Source: Phoronis australis (Eukaryota; Animalia; Phoronida). From it: a DNA stretch of 64,000 nt. The translations under genes were made by a program, and so were the position numbers. Positions within the stretch are counted from its first letter, which is position 1; every line of letters begins with the position of its first letter. Location of the stretch: the NCBI GenBank assembly GCA_002633005.1, contig NMRA01000547.1, positions 197,561 through 261,560 on the forward strand, in the 5' to 3' direction. Under the pieces are notes generated by a model. That model saw only the letters and a program-made list of their open reading frames with translations, had not been told where the DNA came from and did no database searches. Positions 1 to 13,700 of the stretch are shown one piece after another.

Positions 1-1691
1 TTCAAGAAAAATATAAGCAACTGTTAGCGACGACACTGCATTGCCCTTTAGTTGTTGATGATAACAGTGGCCCCTGTAGATAGCTTTGACAGGACCAAAG
101 TTGATCATTTATACCTCACCGCAGCGTCGACGATCAGCTTTTAAATCCACCACTGCGAAGTTACGTGGCACTGTTAATTTCGATCCACGACCGAAGTTAA
201 CCATTCATACTGACCGCAATTCTTAGCTACTCGTCCAGTCACCAATGTGAGTAAAAATACTTTTGGGTGAATAGAAGTTCACTCGCCAGTCGCCAATGCA
301 GCTGACAAATTTTCAGAGTGCAATAACACTCTATCATTTCCCAGATGAAAATCAACATATTTTCTCTTCCATGTGCTGTTTTTATCATGAATTTAAGGTT
401 AAGTTTGGTCCGCATCTCGATGCTCCAGCAGTAAAAAACATTGACACAATGTGCTCCTTCCAAGACAATCTGATGTTAATGGAGTCAGTAGATGTTAATC
501 ATTGTATTTGTCTACACAAAAGGTCACAGTGAGTGGTCCTGCACAAAGGAAACTGGCCACTGGGTGACGCAATATTTCATGATGTCAAAGCCAACTCAAA
601 AGATCTGGCCGCAATTTTAGCAGCAGAATAACGGCAGAGTGTCAATTTTTCCAAGAACGGTAAATAATTTAGTGTAATCAAGGAAGAGTGTTACAGTAGT
701 TTTTAATGACATTAATTTTGTGTCCTATTTAATCTGGTCATTTTTTACCCACATCAGCACAAAGCTGCATAGCTAGTGAATAACTTGCACAAAGGCTAAG
801 TCTTGTGTTGCTGGCAATTCATCAACGTCGAAAGTTTCTTGGTAGGAATTCTGCATTTTCTAAAAGTGATACTCAAAGCCCTAGTAGATGGTGACATTAA
901 CACATGAAACAATCATTTTTATTGACATTGGCAGCAAGTTTGTGGTGACCGACGCGAAACGTCCAGGCGACTGAACTTTGAGCTGGGCGAGTAGATTTTT
1001 TGGCTCACTCGCCCAGCAGACGAGTAGGGTTTTGAAACCTGGGTATATCCCTGCAACTCCCCAAAACATTGATGCGTATGAAAGGGCCTTAACTGTACTC
1101 TAATGTGTGTTGCAAGGGCATGCTATGTTCATGTTCAAAATGAACTTTGATACGTTTTTTTTAAAATTAATGGTGGTTCCTGCACGCAATGATTTACACA
1201 AGAGTAAAGAAAGAGGCTACCTCCAAAAAATGAGTAGTAATATGCCATATTATTCCTTTCCTCAGCACTTTCTTAGTCATATATGTGAACACTTGATATG
1301 CATCTCACATGCCCAAAAATTTTCAAAATTTTGCCCAAATCTAGAGGGAACTGCGTTTTCATCACGCCCCGCCCATATGCCTATGCATCAGGTTTCAGGG
1401 TCTAACAAGCTGTTTTGACAATGGCCACTGGACGGAAAATAACAGATTGAAAATTGCAATGGCCAACCAGGATTATATGGTTACTGAATGTCATTGGTAT
1501 CCAGAAAGTGGTTGAGAAACGAACAAACCAGCAGAAGTAACCACAGATCAGATGGATGGAATGCCAACCACATGCACTAAAATGAGGACAAATGCTGACA
1601 ATGGCACGTCTTCCAATGCACCTCACCTAGGAGAAATAACAGAGAAAAATTGATGGAGAAAGCACAAGTCAAACGCACACATTTAACTCAC

Positions 1692-1745
1692 CTTCACAAA
1701 ATTCAACAAGTCCTGGTTGGTCTGCACATTTTCTGCGTCACCATT
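1692..1745 (-). CDS. DOCK9: DOCK-D exon 20 (54 nt): [18 protein letters not shown]
   Basis: gtcttag/GTGAGT, phase 0 to 0; QDLLNFVK resembles the NELVKYLK helix that follows DHR-1 in DOCK9. Confidence 0.7.
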
Positions 1746-4700
1746 CTAAGACAGTAAGAACGACATTATACAACCAATCAAGAATTCCATTGCAAAAAAG
1801 AAAGCACCTGTAAAGAGGCGAATGAAAGCTAATTGCTGGCACCATTGCACGTACAAAGCCAAGCAACATTTATTCTATAACTCATAAGGAAACAACACGC
1901 AGGAAGACAGAGAACTATCCACTATGAACCAGTAGCACACACTTTCACAACACTGGGATTGAGCCATGCACGTCAAGTAGTATGTTAAAGACTGAAGGAG
2001 CAGTCATTTGAACATCCCAAACCCGCTAACTTCAAACTAGAATAACTTTATAATTGTCCAAATCCCGTGTGAAAAAGGTGTAACACCGCTCATGGGATGT
2101 ATGGCTTAACAGTTGGCTGTAAACAGTAATTGCACAGATATCGGGTCCTCAGTTGCTCAGCGGTAAGAGCACTACACCGGCAATCTAGAGACCTGTGGTT
2201 AGATTCCCAGTTGGGGTCCCTGATTTTTCTGTGTTTTTTTGATATATAGAATAACTTCGGTTAGCACCAGTGAATCTTCCCATTCAATAAACACCATTGA
2301 GTCCATAACAATGTTATCCCAGTTGGCAATGTAAGATGGCCATGGCATAAACAGAGTTCAAAATGTTAATGTGTACTATGCTACTTGTAAATCGAACACC
2401 TGGAAGTGCTAAACAAGATCAATGCATAGCCTTGAAATGCACCCATGTGCTTCGGAAACAATAGGATGTAATGACTATTGCTCCAAGGAGGGCCATGGTA
2501 CACAGACTCATCCAAAAATCAAAACCATCTGCCGTGCATTTTTTAATAGGAACACATATGCTAAATTTCAGATGCTGAGACAAATGTAGCAAAAACCCCA
2601 ATTACCATACGGGGCATCACAGCAGTCAAATCTATCCAAAAATCAACATCAGCCACACTCTTCTCAATAGGAACACAACAACAGGCTATTAGAAGAAACA
2701 ATTAAGTTAATCAGTCAGAAATTGAGTAGGTGCCAAAGTCTCCTTCGTGAAAACTTACTTGCCAACTTTCATGAATATCTGTCAGGAAGCTAGGTAGATA
2801 TTGTTGTACATGCAAAAAACATGAATTGTCACCAAGGGATACCACAGTGTCACGTGAATACAAAGCACTGGTATGAAACATTAGGTATCAAGTGTTCTGA
2901 TAATTTTTTTTTTTTACAATTTTATTCTTCAATAATATACATTGATAATTTTTAAAGGGTGAAAGGGTGAACAAGGAAAAGGGGCAAGGACTTTCACTCA
3001 CACACTTGCACACTCATTCACACACTTCATCATTTAATGATAATACCACTAAACAATATATGAGTTAAGTATGTTACAGATATTACAGATTCATTGCATG
3101 GCAGTACTGAGGCTCTCCCACATTTTAATATTAATATTGTCCGGTTCTTTTTGTTTTTGAAAATTAAATATTGAAATTTTAATATGTTTTGACATGAATA
3201 TTTTAAGGGCAGACCAATCCGGATGCAAATGTTCTGATAATTATCGTGGCACAGCAACATGTAGGATATTACATGCAAGTGGAGAGTCAGAATATGTGTG
3301 GTAGTATTTTAAATTTGTTGTTTCTAATATGTGTCACTTTGAAATTCTGTGCTTTGAAATCTGCACTCATCACCGTAAGGTAAGTTTCCTATGGCAACGG
3401 ACTGTACGTCTTGGGTCACAACAATTACGTCATTTGCGTCGATTAGTACAAGCGCCACTTAAAGTTTTTTTCGGCATTATATGGGGTTCCTGCTGGGGTC
3501 GTACAATAGTAATTGGCGTAATTAGTTAATGTCAGGAGTAAATGAAGAGATGATACATTTGTGTTGATCAATGTTACATATATTTAACATGTTCAAAAGT
3601 CATTTGGCCGTTTTACGCTGGCTTTAACCCTACTTTTCTGATTTGGCTCTCATGAGCATCTGTGGTCATGTGGTCAACAGTGCTGTATCCCTTTAGGAAC
3701 CAAGCTTGACATTCATACAACTTTTTGTTCTAAGTAGCCCAAAAATTAAGTCGTATGTTTAACATTTTTATTAAAAACTTTTCTAATCAAAGAGAGAAGG
3801 GAAATCCCTCTAAAACTACTAACGTTGTTGACATTCACCAGTGGAACCAAAATGTTGTCATAACAGGCTGTGAGCATTAAACCAAGAGAACTTGATCGGT
3901 AGAGAAGATAGTTATTCATTGGAGAAAGTTCTTCAACATTGTGGAGGGTGCATTAAATGTACAAAAAGAGAAAACAAGGCTCTTCAATGTATTCCATTAA
4001 GAGGCTTGAAATTTGAAACACTCGCAGGCAATATACAAGTGTTGAGGAGTATGGTAACTGACCTGAATAAAAGAACATGATCAGTTTTACAGCCATACAA
4101 TGCAATTTGGGAATATTATTGGGTGGAATAGACTACTAGAAGTTACTACCTTTGACTAGAGCTGTAAAACAACAAAATCCGTTTTGTTTTTGGGATTTCA
4201 TTATAAACCACCAATTCTCGCCATTCTCTAGCAGACTTTCACTGAAATCAAGGGCGGTGGCTTTACCATTTAATTATTATGTTTAAAATACTCTGCTATT
4301 TATCAAGTGGGACTAAGCTACGCCAGCAGAGCATTAGACTGCGTTCTCATAATGTCTATAAACAATCAGAAACTCAATAACCGGAAACATATGTAGGCAA
4401 AAACAATATGGTCCGAATGAGGTAACAAAGGACATGTGGTTTAATTTTACAATACTGCAATAACAGTATAGCTCGTGGTTGCTCAATGAGCAGCGAATCA
4501 TGGTCCCTACACAGCTGTCAAGAGCACAGACTCAACTCTTTTCATATGCACAGCCTGAGAAGGATACTTGGCATCAAATGGCAGGATCATGTCTCCAACA
4601 ACAAAGTGCTAATCCAGGCGAGACTGCCTAGTATGAACGCAAGGGTTATACAGAGGTGCCTACATTGGCTTGGCAACGTGAAGTGGCATGGACAATGGGA

Positions 4701-7700
4701 CAATGACAAAGGACATACTTTATGGAGAGCTTGTCACTGGAACCAGACCTGCAGAAACACTCATGCTTCGTTATAAAGATGTTTGTAAGTACGATCTGAT
4801 TATGGGAAACATTACCGCCATAGATTGGAAAGATGTGGCCTCCGATCACAACAGGTGGAGGTTGACTATCACAATCGACCTAACAGTCTTGGTAGTCTGT
4901 GTGCGGCTTATTACAGTATTAGGCTTATGGTACTAAGGTCACTGCTTACCTTCGTTACCGAGGGCCACCTTTCTTTTCATATTGTCAGTATGTAAAACTA
5001 TATATTTTTCAAATCCTTAATAACAAGGGAAGTTGATAATGTGAACAAAAGTGGTGATAAAATGTTTGCAATCACACGACCTTATTTTTTTCTTTTTAAA
5101 AATCACGATTTTCCATGGAGACAGGTCTCATTTTTTTCTAAGAGGATAGTAAATTGTGTTTATTTGGTCTATTAGTCACAAAACGGTGTCTGTTTTTTAA
5201 GGCCTTTGAACCCGAGATCTCGACTGTCAAAAATTAAGACCTCGACCTTCTGTGAATAGTTCAGAGGTCTTGATTTTTGACAGCTGAGTTATCGGGATCA
5301 GAAACCAAATCCCAGAAACAGTTTTGTAGCTAATATACCAAATAAACAGAATCTGCAAAATGAATGAAAAAATTTTAATATCTGTGTAAGTTACAGTGGT
5401 CTCCACGTTGCCCTTTGGGCCAAAATCAAAACGTCAGAAATGGCCACAAGGCGTCGGGAGACAATCTGTGAGCTTCAGTCACTTATTTCTTCTAAGGTAT
5501 CACACTGCATCAAAATCAAAAAATTACTACACCTACCTATGCTAAATTTAATTGACTTTAAGTTATGGTCATGAAAAAGGTAAATACAATATTGTTAAGA
5601 TTAAGAAATAAGCGAGTTTTGTTCAGACGAGCTGAGAGCCTGCTTACATCACGTGACCTAATGGGCGGAGCTTTGCCATATTTAGAACGTCAATGTGTTG
5701 CCAGCCATTCACTGCTGTGCTGTAATTAGAACTTGTTCGAGGAGTCTGTAGAAACCATTTTCCAACCATGTGTTCAACCAAGAAATCCAGGATATCGATA
5801 CCCGAGCACCACACTCCCTTGAAAGCAGAATGCGAGAATGCAAGGCGCGAGCTTGTAGATACGATGTTGGAGCTCGAGAGAGAATTTTGTGAATAACATG
5901 CAAATACACTGTCCCAGGCGTAAACAATATAAAAACTTTCACAAATCACTGCCTGATCTTTTCTTGTGATATTGTGGCTTACCTGAACATGCACAAAAAA
6001 CATGCATACATCCTGGAACATATTTTGTTCTTAATGTTGTACAAATTGCAAAATAGTCCCAGGAATATGAAGCGTATAGTCCTTTTTTAAATTCACACAA
6101 TTTTTACTCATTCTGGGTCCCACTTCTTCACTTGTAAATTCATGTCAGTCGCTGTGCAGCAGTGCACTCATCTGCGCACAATGTTAAAATCACGTCAGTT
6201 TCTATTACCAGGCCACCGAGTTCACTTACACAAGCTCTGCCCACGAGGTCACGTGATCAGAATCACTTGTAAACAAACTCCACGTGTATATGACTCAACG
6301 TCAAAGATTGGTAAATAGCACATAATCACTAAAGATATTTTAACGGTGTTTACATCATCTGAAAGAGGAAGCTTTGCAGAATAATATATGTGAAAATAGT
6401 ATTAAGCTTCAAATAATCCAACAAAGGTAGGCAGTGACATTAACGTTGGGCTTATGGTACTAATATGCAGACACTGGCTACCTTAAATCCTGAAGCCAAG
6501 AAGGAATTCTTCGCAATTTCAGGCACTCCTACTTAGTTAATTAGTTGTTGTTTCATGAGGTGAAACATGTAAAATATCCCTACAGAACACCATTCCATTC
6601 TTACAAAGCCCATCCAACATTTAAGACAATAGCCCAATAAAGCCCGTAAGACACAGCAAGCAACAAAAAGTGACACTGCAACATGGTTATCACATTATGT
6701 CAATATCATTGGAAACGTTAATATAGCACCATAATGTCAAAATTGTTAGAAAAGCTACAAACACAAGGCCACCAAAGCAACTAAATCCAACATTAAGACA
6801 AATTAACAACTATCTTCATTGTTCTGAAACAGAGTTCAGAGTATTCATTACAATTATTACACTACCTCACTTTTTCAGGGAACGCAGTAAGAATACTCAA
6901 TCAAAAGAGAGGAAAAAGTGAAAGTTTAAATAATCAATCTTACTATGTCGTCATGTCGTCACACTCTGTTACTTCTATTTTGTACTTATAGCTTTTCAGC
7001 TGAATTCATATGTTATTCCTTGATTGGTCATAATAAAACCGTTCTCCTGATGCTTTACATACCTTTAATTTATTCTCCGTGTCCTGATCCTGAGTGACCA
7101 TGTGTTGTGTGCTAGACTCCAGCCGCTGGCAGTGATAGAAGAAGTTATGCAGGTGTTGGTCCTTGGTGTAGATGGTGGACACCAGTCGCAGATTGAAGCG
7201 GAAAAGTTCACGAGCACCATCAACGTACTTTATCTCTGGCCCAGCAATCTGAAAAGTTGTACATTACAGAATTCTTACAGTCTGGTTTTAGGCAAGTATT
7301 TAGTTTTTTAATATTTATTTTTTTAATGGCCACTAGGTGGTGCGAAATACCCCATATCCATCCGATAACGGCAGGATAACGTCACCTTACCAACAGATGT
7401 CTATATTCCAAATTTTATGAAAATCCGTTGAGGTCCTTTGAATACACAGAGGTAAACCTTAAAAACTAAAATTGCCACCAGGGGGCACAGTGGTAGCCAG
7501 ATCCGTGCAAAAGTCGTCATCGACTGTAAACATCAAGTAAATAAACTTGCTAAGTTTAGTAAACATCCTGCAAACAGTTTAGGATATATAGCTATGGGCG
7601 CAAAAAAACAAAACTGCCACTAGGAGGCGTTGCAGTGGTCGAAGTCGTTGGAAAATCACCATCAGCCATCCCCTTCATAGTAAAAACATACACGCCAATT

Positions 7701-10700
7701 TTCAGGATCATCCTTAGAACGGTTTGGCTGATAGAGGGGTGGATGTCAAAAAACAGACTCAAAAACAGTAAAAATGGCCACTAAGTAGTGTAAAGTACCT
7801 TGAACCCATCCGAAACCAGGAGGATAGCATCATATCAATAATACATGCCTATCTGCCAAATTTTATGAAAATCTGTTGAGGACCTTTGAAGATACAAACG
7901 TAAAAGGCTAAAATTGCCACTTGGGGGCGCAACTGTAGACCGATCAATGTAAAAGTTGTCGCCGTTCCTTGTCAACATCATATAAATATACTTGCTACAT
8001 TTAGTAAAAGATCCTTCAAATGGTTTAGGAGATACAGCCATGGGCGTAAAAAACAAAACTGCCACTAGGAGGCGCCACAATAGTCGAAGTTGTTGGAAAA
8101 TCATCACCAGCCGCCCTCTTTACAGTAAGAATATGTCAATTTTCAAAATCATATTCAGAGCGGTTTGGTTGATAGAAGGGCGGACGCCAAAAAAAACAGA
8201 CTCAAAAACAGTAAAAATGGCCACTAGGTGGCGCACAGTACCTCGAACGCATCCGAAATTGAGGGGACGGCATCGTCTCACTAATAGATGCCTAAATGCC
8301 GATTTTTACAAAAATCCGTTGAGGACTTCCAATACTAAAATATTAGGGGGCACACCAGTAGTCAGAGAGGTCCGAAATTTGTCGTCATCCGTCGTCAGCT
8401 TGATCGGAACACGTCTGTCAAATCTCATCAAGATTGTGCGAAGGGTTTAGGAGATACAGCTGCGGACGCCGCACGCCCAGACAGATGACGGCAATATGCG
8501 TCCACATATGAATATGTGGGAGCATAAAAATGCAAGCACACAGATTATTGTCACCATGCGCACCTTCTGTACACATGTTATCATGAAGCATATAGCCAGG
8601 CTATTTTCACCACTTGTCCACTTGGTTTCCTTATGTCATTATACTGTAAAATTTCACCAATTTTGTACAAAAATAATTACCAAAATTCGTGTGAATGGAA
8701 TGCCAACAACATGTCAATGAAAACACTCTGATGACAGCTAAATTATAAGACAAAAACAAAACCATTTTGTGCTACTAATCTGTTATGAAAAAATAAACTT
8801 CACTTGTCAAGCATATTGAGTCCTAAATTGGTGAGATCTTTATAGCAGCATGTAGCCTGGCTGTTCTTCCGAGCACAGACTCTTTTGTAATCACATAGCC
8901 AGTTGGTTTCAGCACTTGCAATATGCTGCCAGGCTGTTCTCAGTCCATGTCCCTTTTGAATTCACGTTTTCATATATAACAAGTATCCACACACATTTCA
9001 GGACTTAAGCATGCAGCCAGACTTATCTGAACCTTTTATTCTCCCATGTGTTCATGACGTCACACTTTCTCAACACTTAACCCCTTTTATACTGAATATG
9101 TTCATACAGCACGTAGTCAGACTGTTCTGAGCACTCACCCCTTTTGTTCCCATTTGTTCATATAGCATATAGCCTGGTTGTAAAGATGTAGCCACCCGGA
9201 TATTCTGGTCACCTACATGGACACTGAAAGTAAGCAAAGGGTATTTACGAACCACTGCTCTTATAAGGGCACAACATTATACATTTTTCGAAATCAACAC
9301 AGCTAAGCATTGCAGCACTTCACTTTCAACTTACAAGAGCAATGCAACTACACCCGCGGTACGTCATTAACAATATGATGGTAGGAGCTTCTCAACTTAA
9401 TTGAAGGTACAAGGAAACAATGAATCTTATCAAACCTGGTAGCTGCCATCTTCAAAATGGAACACAATAAAAATCGTAACATTTCACTCCCAGACAAATA
9501 TAAGGGGTGCTATCACGGTAGTCAAAACTAAAGCACGAATTTGTCCAAAAATCCATCGGTGCCGATATATCCATGTCATATACCTCTTGTTAACAAGACG
9601 TACCCAAGTCATATATATATACCTCTTGTTAACAAGACATACTCATGTCATATACCTCTTTTTAACACGAACCACCAATCAGTTAGTTCTCTAGATATCA
9701 TCTGCAAATACTTTTGACAAGAAATATTTTATCGAAACACAAATGGGCACTAGGTGTTTGGAAACTCAATTCTGTCTGAATACCAACTCATATTGGCAAT
9801 TGTTTTGCCATATACCCCTGAATTGTGTTTTACTAAAATTTAAACAATACGCAAAATAACATGCCAAAAATCAAAAGAGCCAAAATGGTATGCTGCAGCA
9901 GTTAAATCTAAAAATTGATTACCTCAGTTACATCCCTGTCATAACAGTTGGCAAGGAATAACTCAAGAGTCCACCAGGGGGTAACAAAGATAGTCAAATC
10001 CATCAGAAAGTCAACTCGTGGGAGCATCCTCATGGCACGCCTCTGCACCAAGTTTCATAAAAATTCATCAATTGATGCTCTAGATATCACTGGGAAATGC
10101 TCTAGGGAGCAAGACAGTTTGAAAAGTATCATGCGCTGCTCTAGTGATGCCTTACACCCTTGAAAAAACTTCACCAAAATTTGATCACTGATTTGGAGAT
10201 ATTGCGAGGACAAGTGAACAGTCAAACACCAGGACAGGATGAAAACAATATGCGTCCACATATACGTCACATTGTTAAACATATCTCTTTAAATTGCTCT
10301 CCTGCTAGCTGTTGACACTCCATAAATTTACACTGCATAAATAGGAATAGACATGAAACAAAACACTGCCATGTCAACTTGTCACATGTTGTCAACTACA
10401 CAGAAAAACACAGATAAATGTCAAGACAGAACTGATCGTTTCAACTGTACTTGCACAACAGTGCACATATGATTATTTAGCGTAAATCTGAAAATGGACT
10501 GCGTGATTATTGTTGCACAGAGTTGTAGTCCTACTCCAGTCATCAGTAGTTTTTCAGTGCCCCCGCCTCACTGGGGTGCAACCTGTGGCAGTATGCTGCT
10601 ACCTTCTACGACACCACAGCATAACTGCCCGAGCTATGGGACAAGACTTCGTTGTCAACTGCCATATAGACTTTCTGACCTATACTGAGCACAAAATGTC

Positions 10701-13700
10701 AGGTGCCAGTATTGAAAGGCTCTTCGTCTTTCTTGAAGAGTGGGCCATTTGAGAGTGGTAAGCATAGACATAACACAGGACTATCTGGAGTGGTCATTTA
10801 GAACAAACCTGGCTACTCTACGCTGTATTCTTTCTACCTAGTCAATTTTGAAGTGAGTGGAGAGATCCCAGACGGAGGAGGTAAGGGCTTTTGTTTCATG
10901 AGGAGCATATCACTACTGTAGTCAATAATTCAACCAACCGTCCATGTTTCAGCAGTGGCAGCCAGGCATATCCAATTATGTTCTCGATGTCTTTTTTCTT
11001 CAACGTGTTTCCCCTTCCTGTGCTCTTCACAGCGGACTCACAGGCAACATGATAGAATGTAAACAACAGATGGTGCTGATGAGTCAGATTGGTCGGGAGA
11101 GCGATCTTGATCTGTAAGGAAATAACAACAGTTCTCAGTTCAGTTATTGCAACTTGACATTATCTGCTTACTGCTTTTCTTTACAAATTATAAGTTTAGT
11201 CTTAATTTGACCTGGGGCTTGTTTTATAAAAAGTGGCAGAAACTTTGTCTGATAAACCTACTTCACAATTTAGTGAGACTTAGCTATTAATAATAAGTAC
11301 GTCACTGCCTAGAAATAATTAAGCAAATGAAATTACCTCAGTAATGAGTATATTCTCAATAACTCCGTACTTTTGCTGAAGTGAGATTTAATTACTTTTC
11401 AGAAATAGTTTTGTGGAGCCTAAGTTCAAATTTCTGATTTAAAAATTGCTATTCAAGATGACGCTTGATCTGATCCGATGTGACGATTTTTGGTTCACTG
11501 CATTTCAATTCCAGTGAACATACATCTGACACCTTGACATAACTTGTTCAATAATTCTTATATTTCTACAGAACATTAAATCAGATATCGACTTAAAAGT
11601 TAAAATAGATACATAAGGTGCTACATGACATTTCCTAACCAGCAACTTCGCACCAGTTGGGGTTACAGAAAAGGGGACTATAGTAAAAATAACGCAGCAG
11701 TTAACCGGTTCTTATATACAAATAAAACTCACAATTGCCCGAGTTGCGCACCAAGCAAAGCCGATTCATATTTATTGTCAAAACACTGAAATCCTGACAG
11801 TGATCGCTGATTGGCTGATATGTTAGTGGCGTGGCTGGTAGGGCTTCGACTGCTTATCACATATTGCTGTGCCATATTGTGAAGAGTTTACATTGCATTT
11901 TATCATTGAAGAAGCCGTTCTTGTTTTTTACTGTTTGTCAAATTGCTGTAAAAGGTTTGCCATGCCTTTTTGTCTGGCTCCTGGTTGTTCAAACTCTTTG
12001 AAAAAGGTGCCTTCTTAGAGGAGAGACATCGCATACCATCAGTTGCCCAAGCCTTGGAACAAATATTTATACTAAATGTGCAGCTTGGCGGCGATGGGGG
12101 CAAAAAATAAAATCTGACTCAAATTAGTGTCATTAAAACTACTCTCTTCCCTGAGTAAACTAACATATTTACCGGTGATAGAAGAATTAGCGTTCTGTCG
12201 TTCATCGACTGCTGCTACAATTGTGATGCGTTCTTTTGGGTCGGCTTTCGGCAATTGCATCACCTGACCTTGACCAGTTTCTTCCCCCCCCTCCCAATTA
12301 TTTTATCAACTCATGTTCTTCACTGCTGGCACAAGGTTGCGTGCATGTCACAACAAATTATCGGAACTTGTTCCATTTTGTTTTTTAATTCGCAAACTGA
12401 ATTCTAAAGCAAACTTTGCTGCTGCGAAGCTGTCATTATCTATCGAGAGACGTCGCAAAATTTTAGGAAATGGCGCCTGCACCATGTCACGAGTGTGATG
12501 TTTTTTCAAAACGGATGATAGACTTTTGGCTGATACAAGTGGAGGATTATGCAAGAAAATGGCGTTTATTTGATTGTTTCCCACTTAAACGGCAGCAACC
12601 AACCAGGTGAGTGTCGGTTGACTACCAGATTTTGCATGCACACCCGCCATTCTTTAGCTCTAAATGTTGATATAAGTTTCACGACAAGGTGACCTGGGTA
12701 GAACCGGGCTGTGTGAAATTTCGGGGTCTGACAGAGCTCCAACACACCTAGCATATTTTCATCTGACGATGACGGGGTATCACTTTATGTTGCCTCGGCT
12801 CAAACAGGTATCCCTGGTGACCCGACATTTCACAATAAAATTTTAATCTGACAATTTGAAGAACACTACTTGACTGCATGCTAAAATAGGACACTGATAT
12901 TGCCCCACCAAATACGTCACGAGAAGTAACACTCCAAGCGGGTGGTTTTAAGAGTTTCATTTTTGCTGTTGAATTATTTGTGAAATTAATCAGCAACTCA
13001 TAGAAAGCTACGTCAGAATAAAATACACTTCCCTTTTAAAGCTCACTTTAGACACTGCAGGCTATAAGAACTACATTTTTCATTGAAAATTGAATACTGA
13101 TATTGTTTGAACAGCAAAAATTGGCAAACAAACAGTGAAGAGAAATGATGAGACTTGACTTGTGTAGACCACCCCTTATCAGACTAACCTTCATATCTCC
13201 AAAGAATGCGGTAAAATTATACAGTTAGACGAACTTACCTTAAGTGAAGGATGACTGTAATTTTATGTATCCCCAGAATTCCCCCAGAGTGCTAACATGA
13301 GATACGGACATGCGCAAAGCGAACCATTCTTTAAAGCTCTTCTGTGATCAAGAGAGTGCTAACAGGGTGGGATGTGGAGGGCATGTTAGCACTCTGGGGG
13401 AATTCTGGGGATACATAAAATTACAGTCATCCTTCACTTAAGGTAAGTTCGTCTAACTGTATAATTNCATGGTAGTACTCGGGGGAATTCTGGGAGGAAT
13501 AAAATTTGAATGAGCATGTCATGAGGCGCATGCAACTACACCTCTAAAGCCACACAGCACCACCTTTGATTCACATTGAAGAGCTAGAATGGTTCTTTCT
13601 AACTTTATAAAGGGGCGCAAGTTAGCATTCCTGATTACACATAACACGATAGACAAAATACAGTTCATTAATTGCTTCAACAGAAATACTATTCTAGTTT

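Noticed and set aside
225-1042. Possible hAT-like relic with ctactcg(t/c)c subterminal repeats
   Set aside because: Only one plausible terminus and no TSD; too decayed to delimit.
2419-2690. Two similar minus-strand peptides (CVPI.K..AD..DFW) with AG/GT, suggesting mutually exclusive exons
   Set aside because: No DOCK similarity, phase does not fit, and the DNA resembles decayed monomers of the HINE satellite.
3384-3398. RFX X-box-like palindrome GTTTCCTATGGCAAC
   Set aside because: Single short motif in probable transposon-derived intron sequence with no promoter context.
5644-6021. 125-aa minus-strand ORF as a DOCK exon or intact gene
   Set aside because: Does not match the expected next DOCK peptide and lies inside a TIR element; only vague THAP-like fragments.
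6943-7000. Possible extra exon [18 protein letters not shown] next to exon 19
   Set aside because: Length is not a multiple of 3, the intron would be ~63 nt with a weak pyrimidine tract, and no homology is evident.
7835-8450. ORFs with recurring peptides such as [22 protein letters not shown] (also in 27059-27241, 48149-50862, 54352-55045, 62501-63515)
   Set aside because: They are translations of the non-coding satellite; frames and stops differ between copies and there are no splice signals or protein family.
10494-10830. Plus-strand ORFs with balanced GC next to exon 17 (possible antisense exon)
   Set aside because: No recognisable domain or partner exons; cannot be supported without transcripts.
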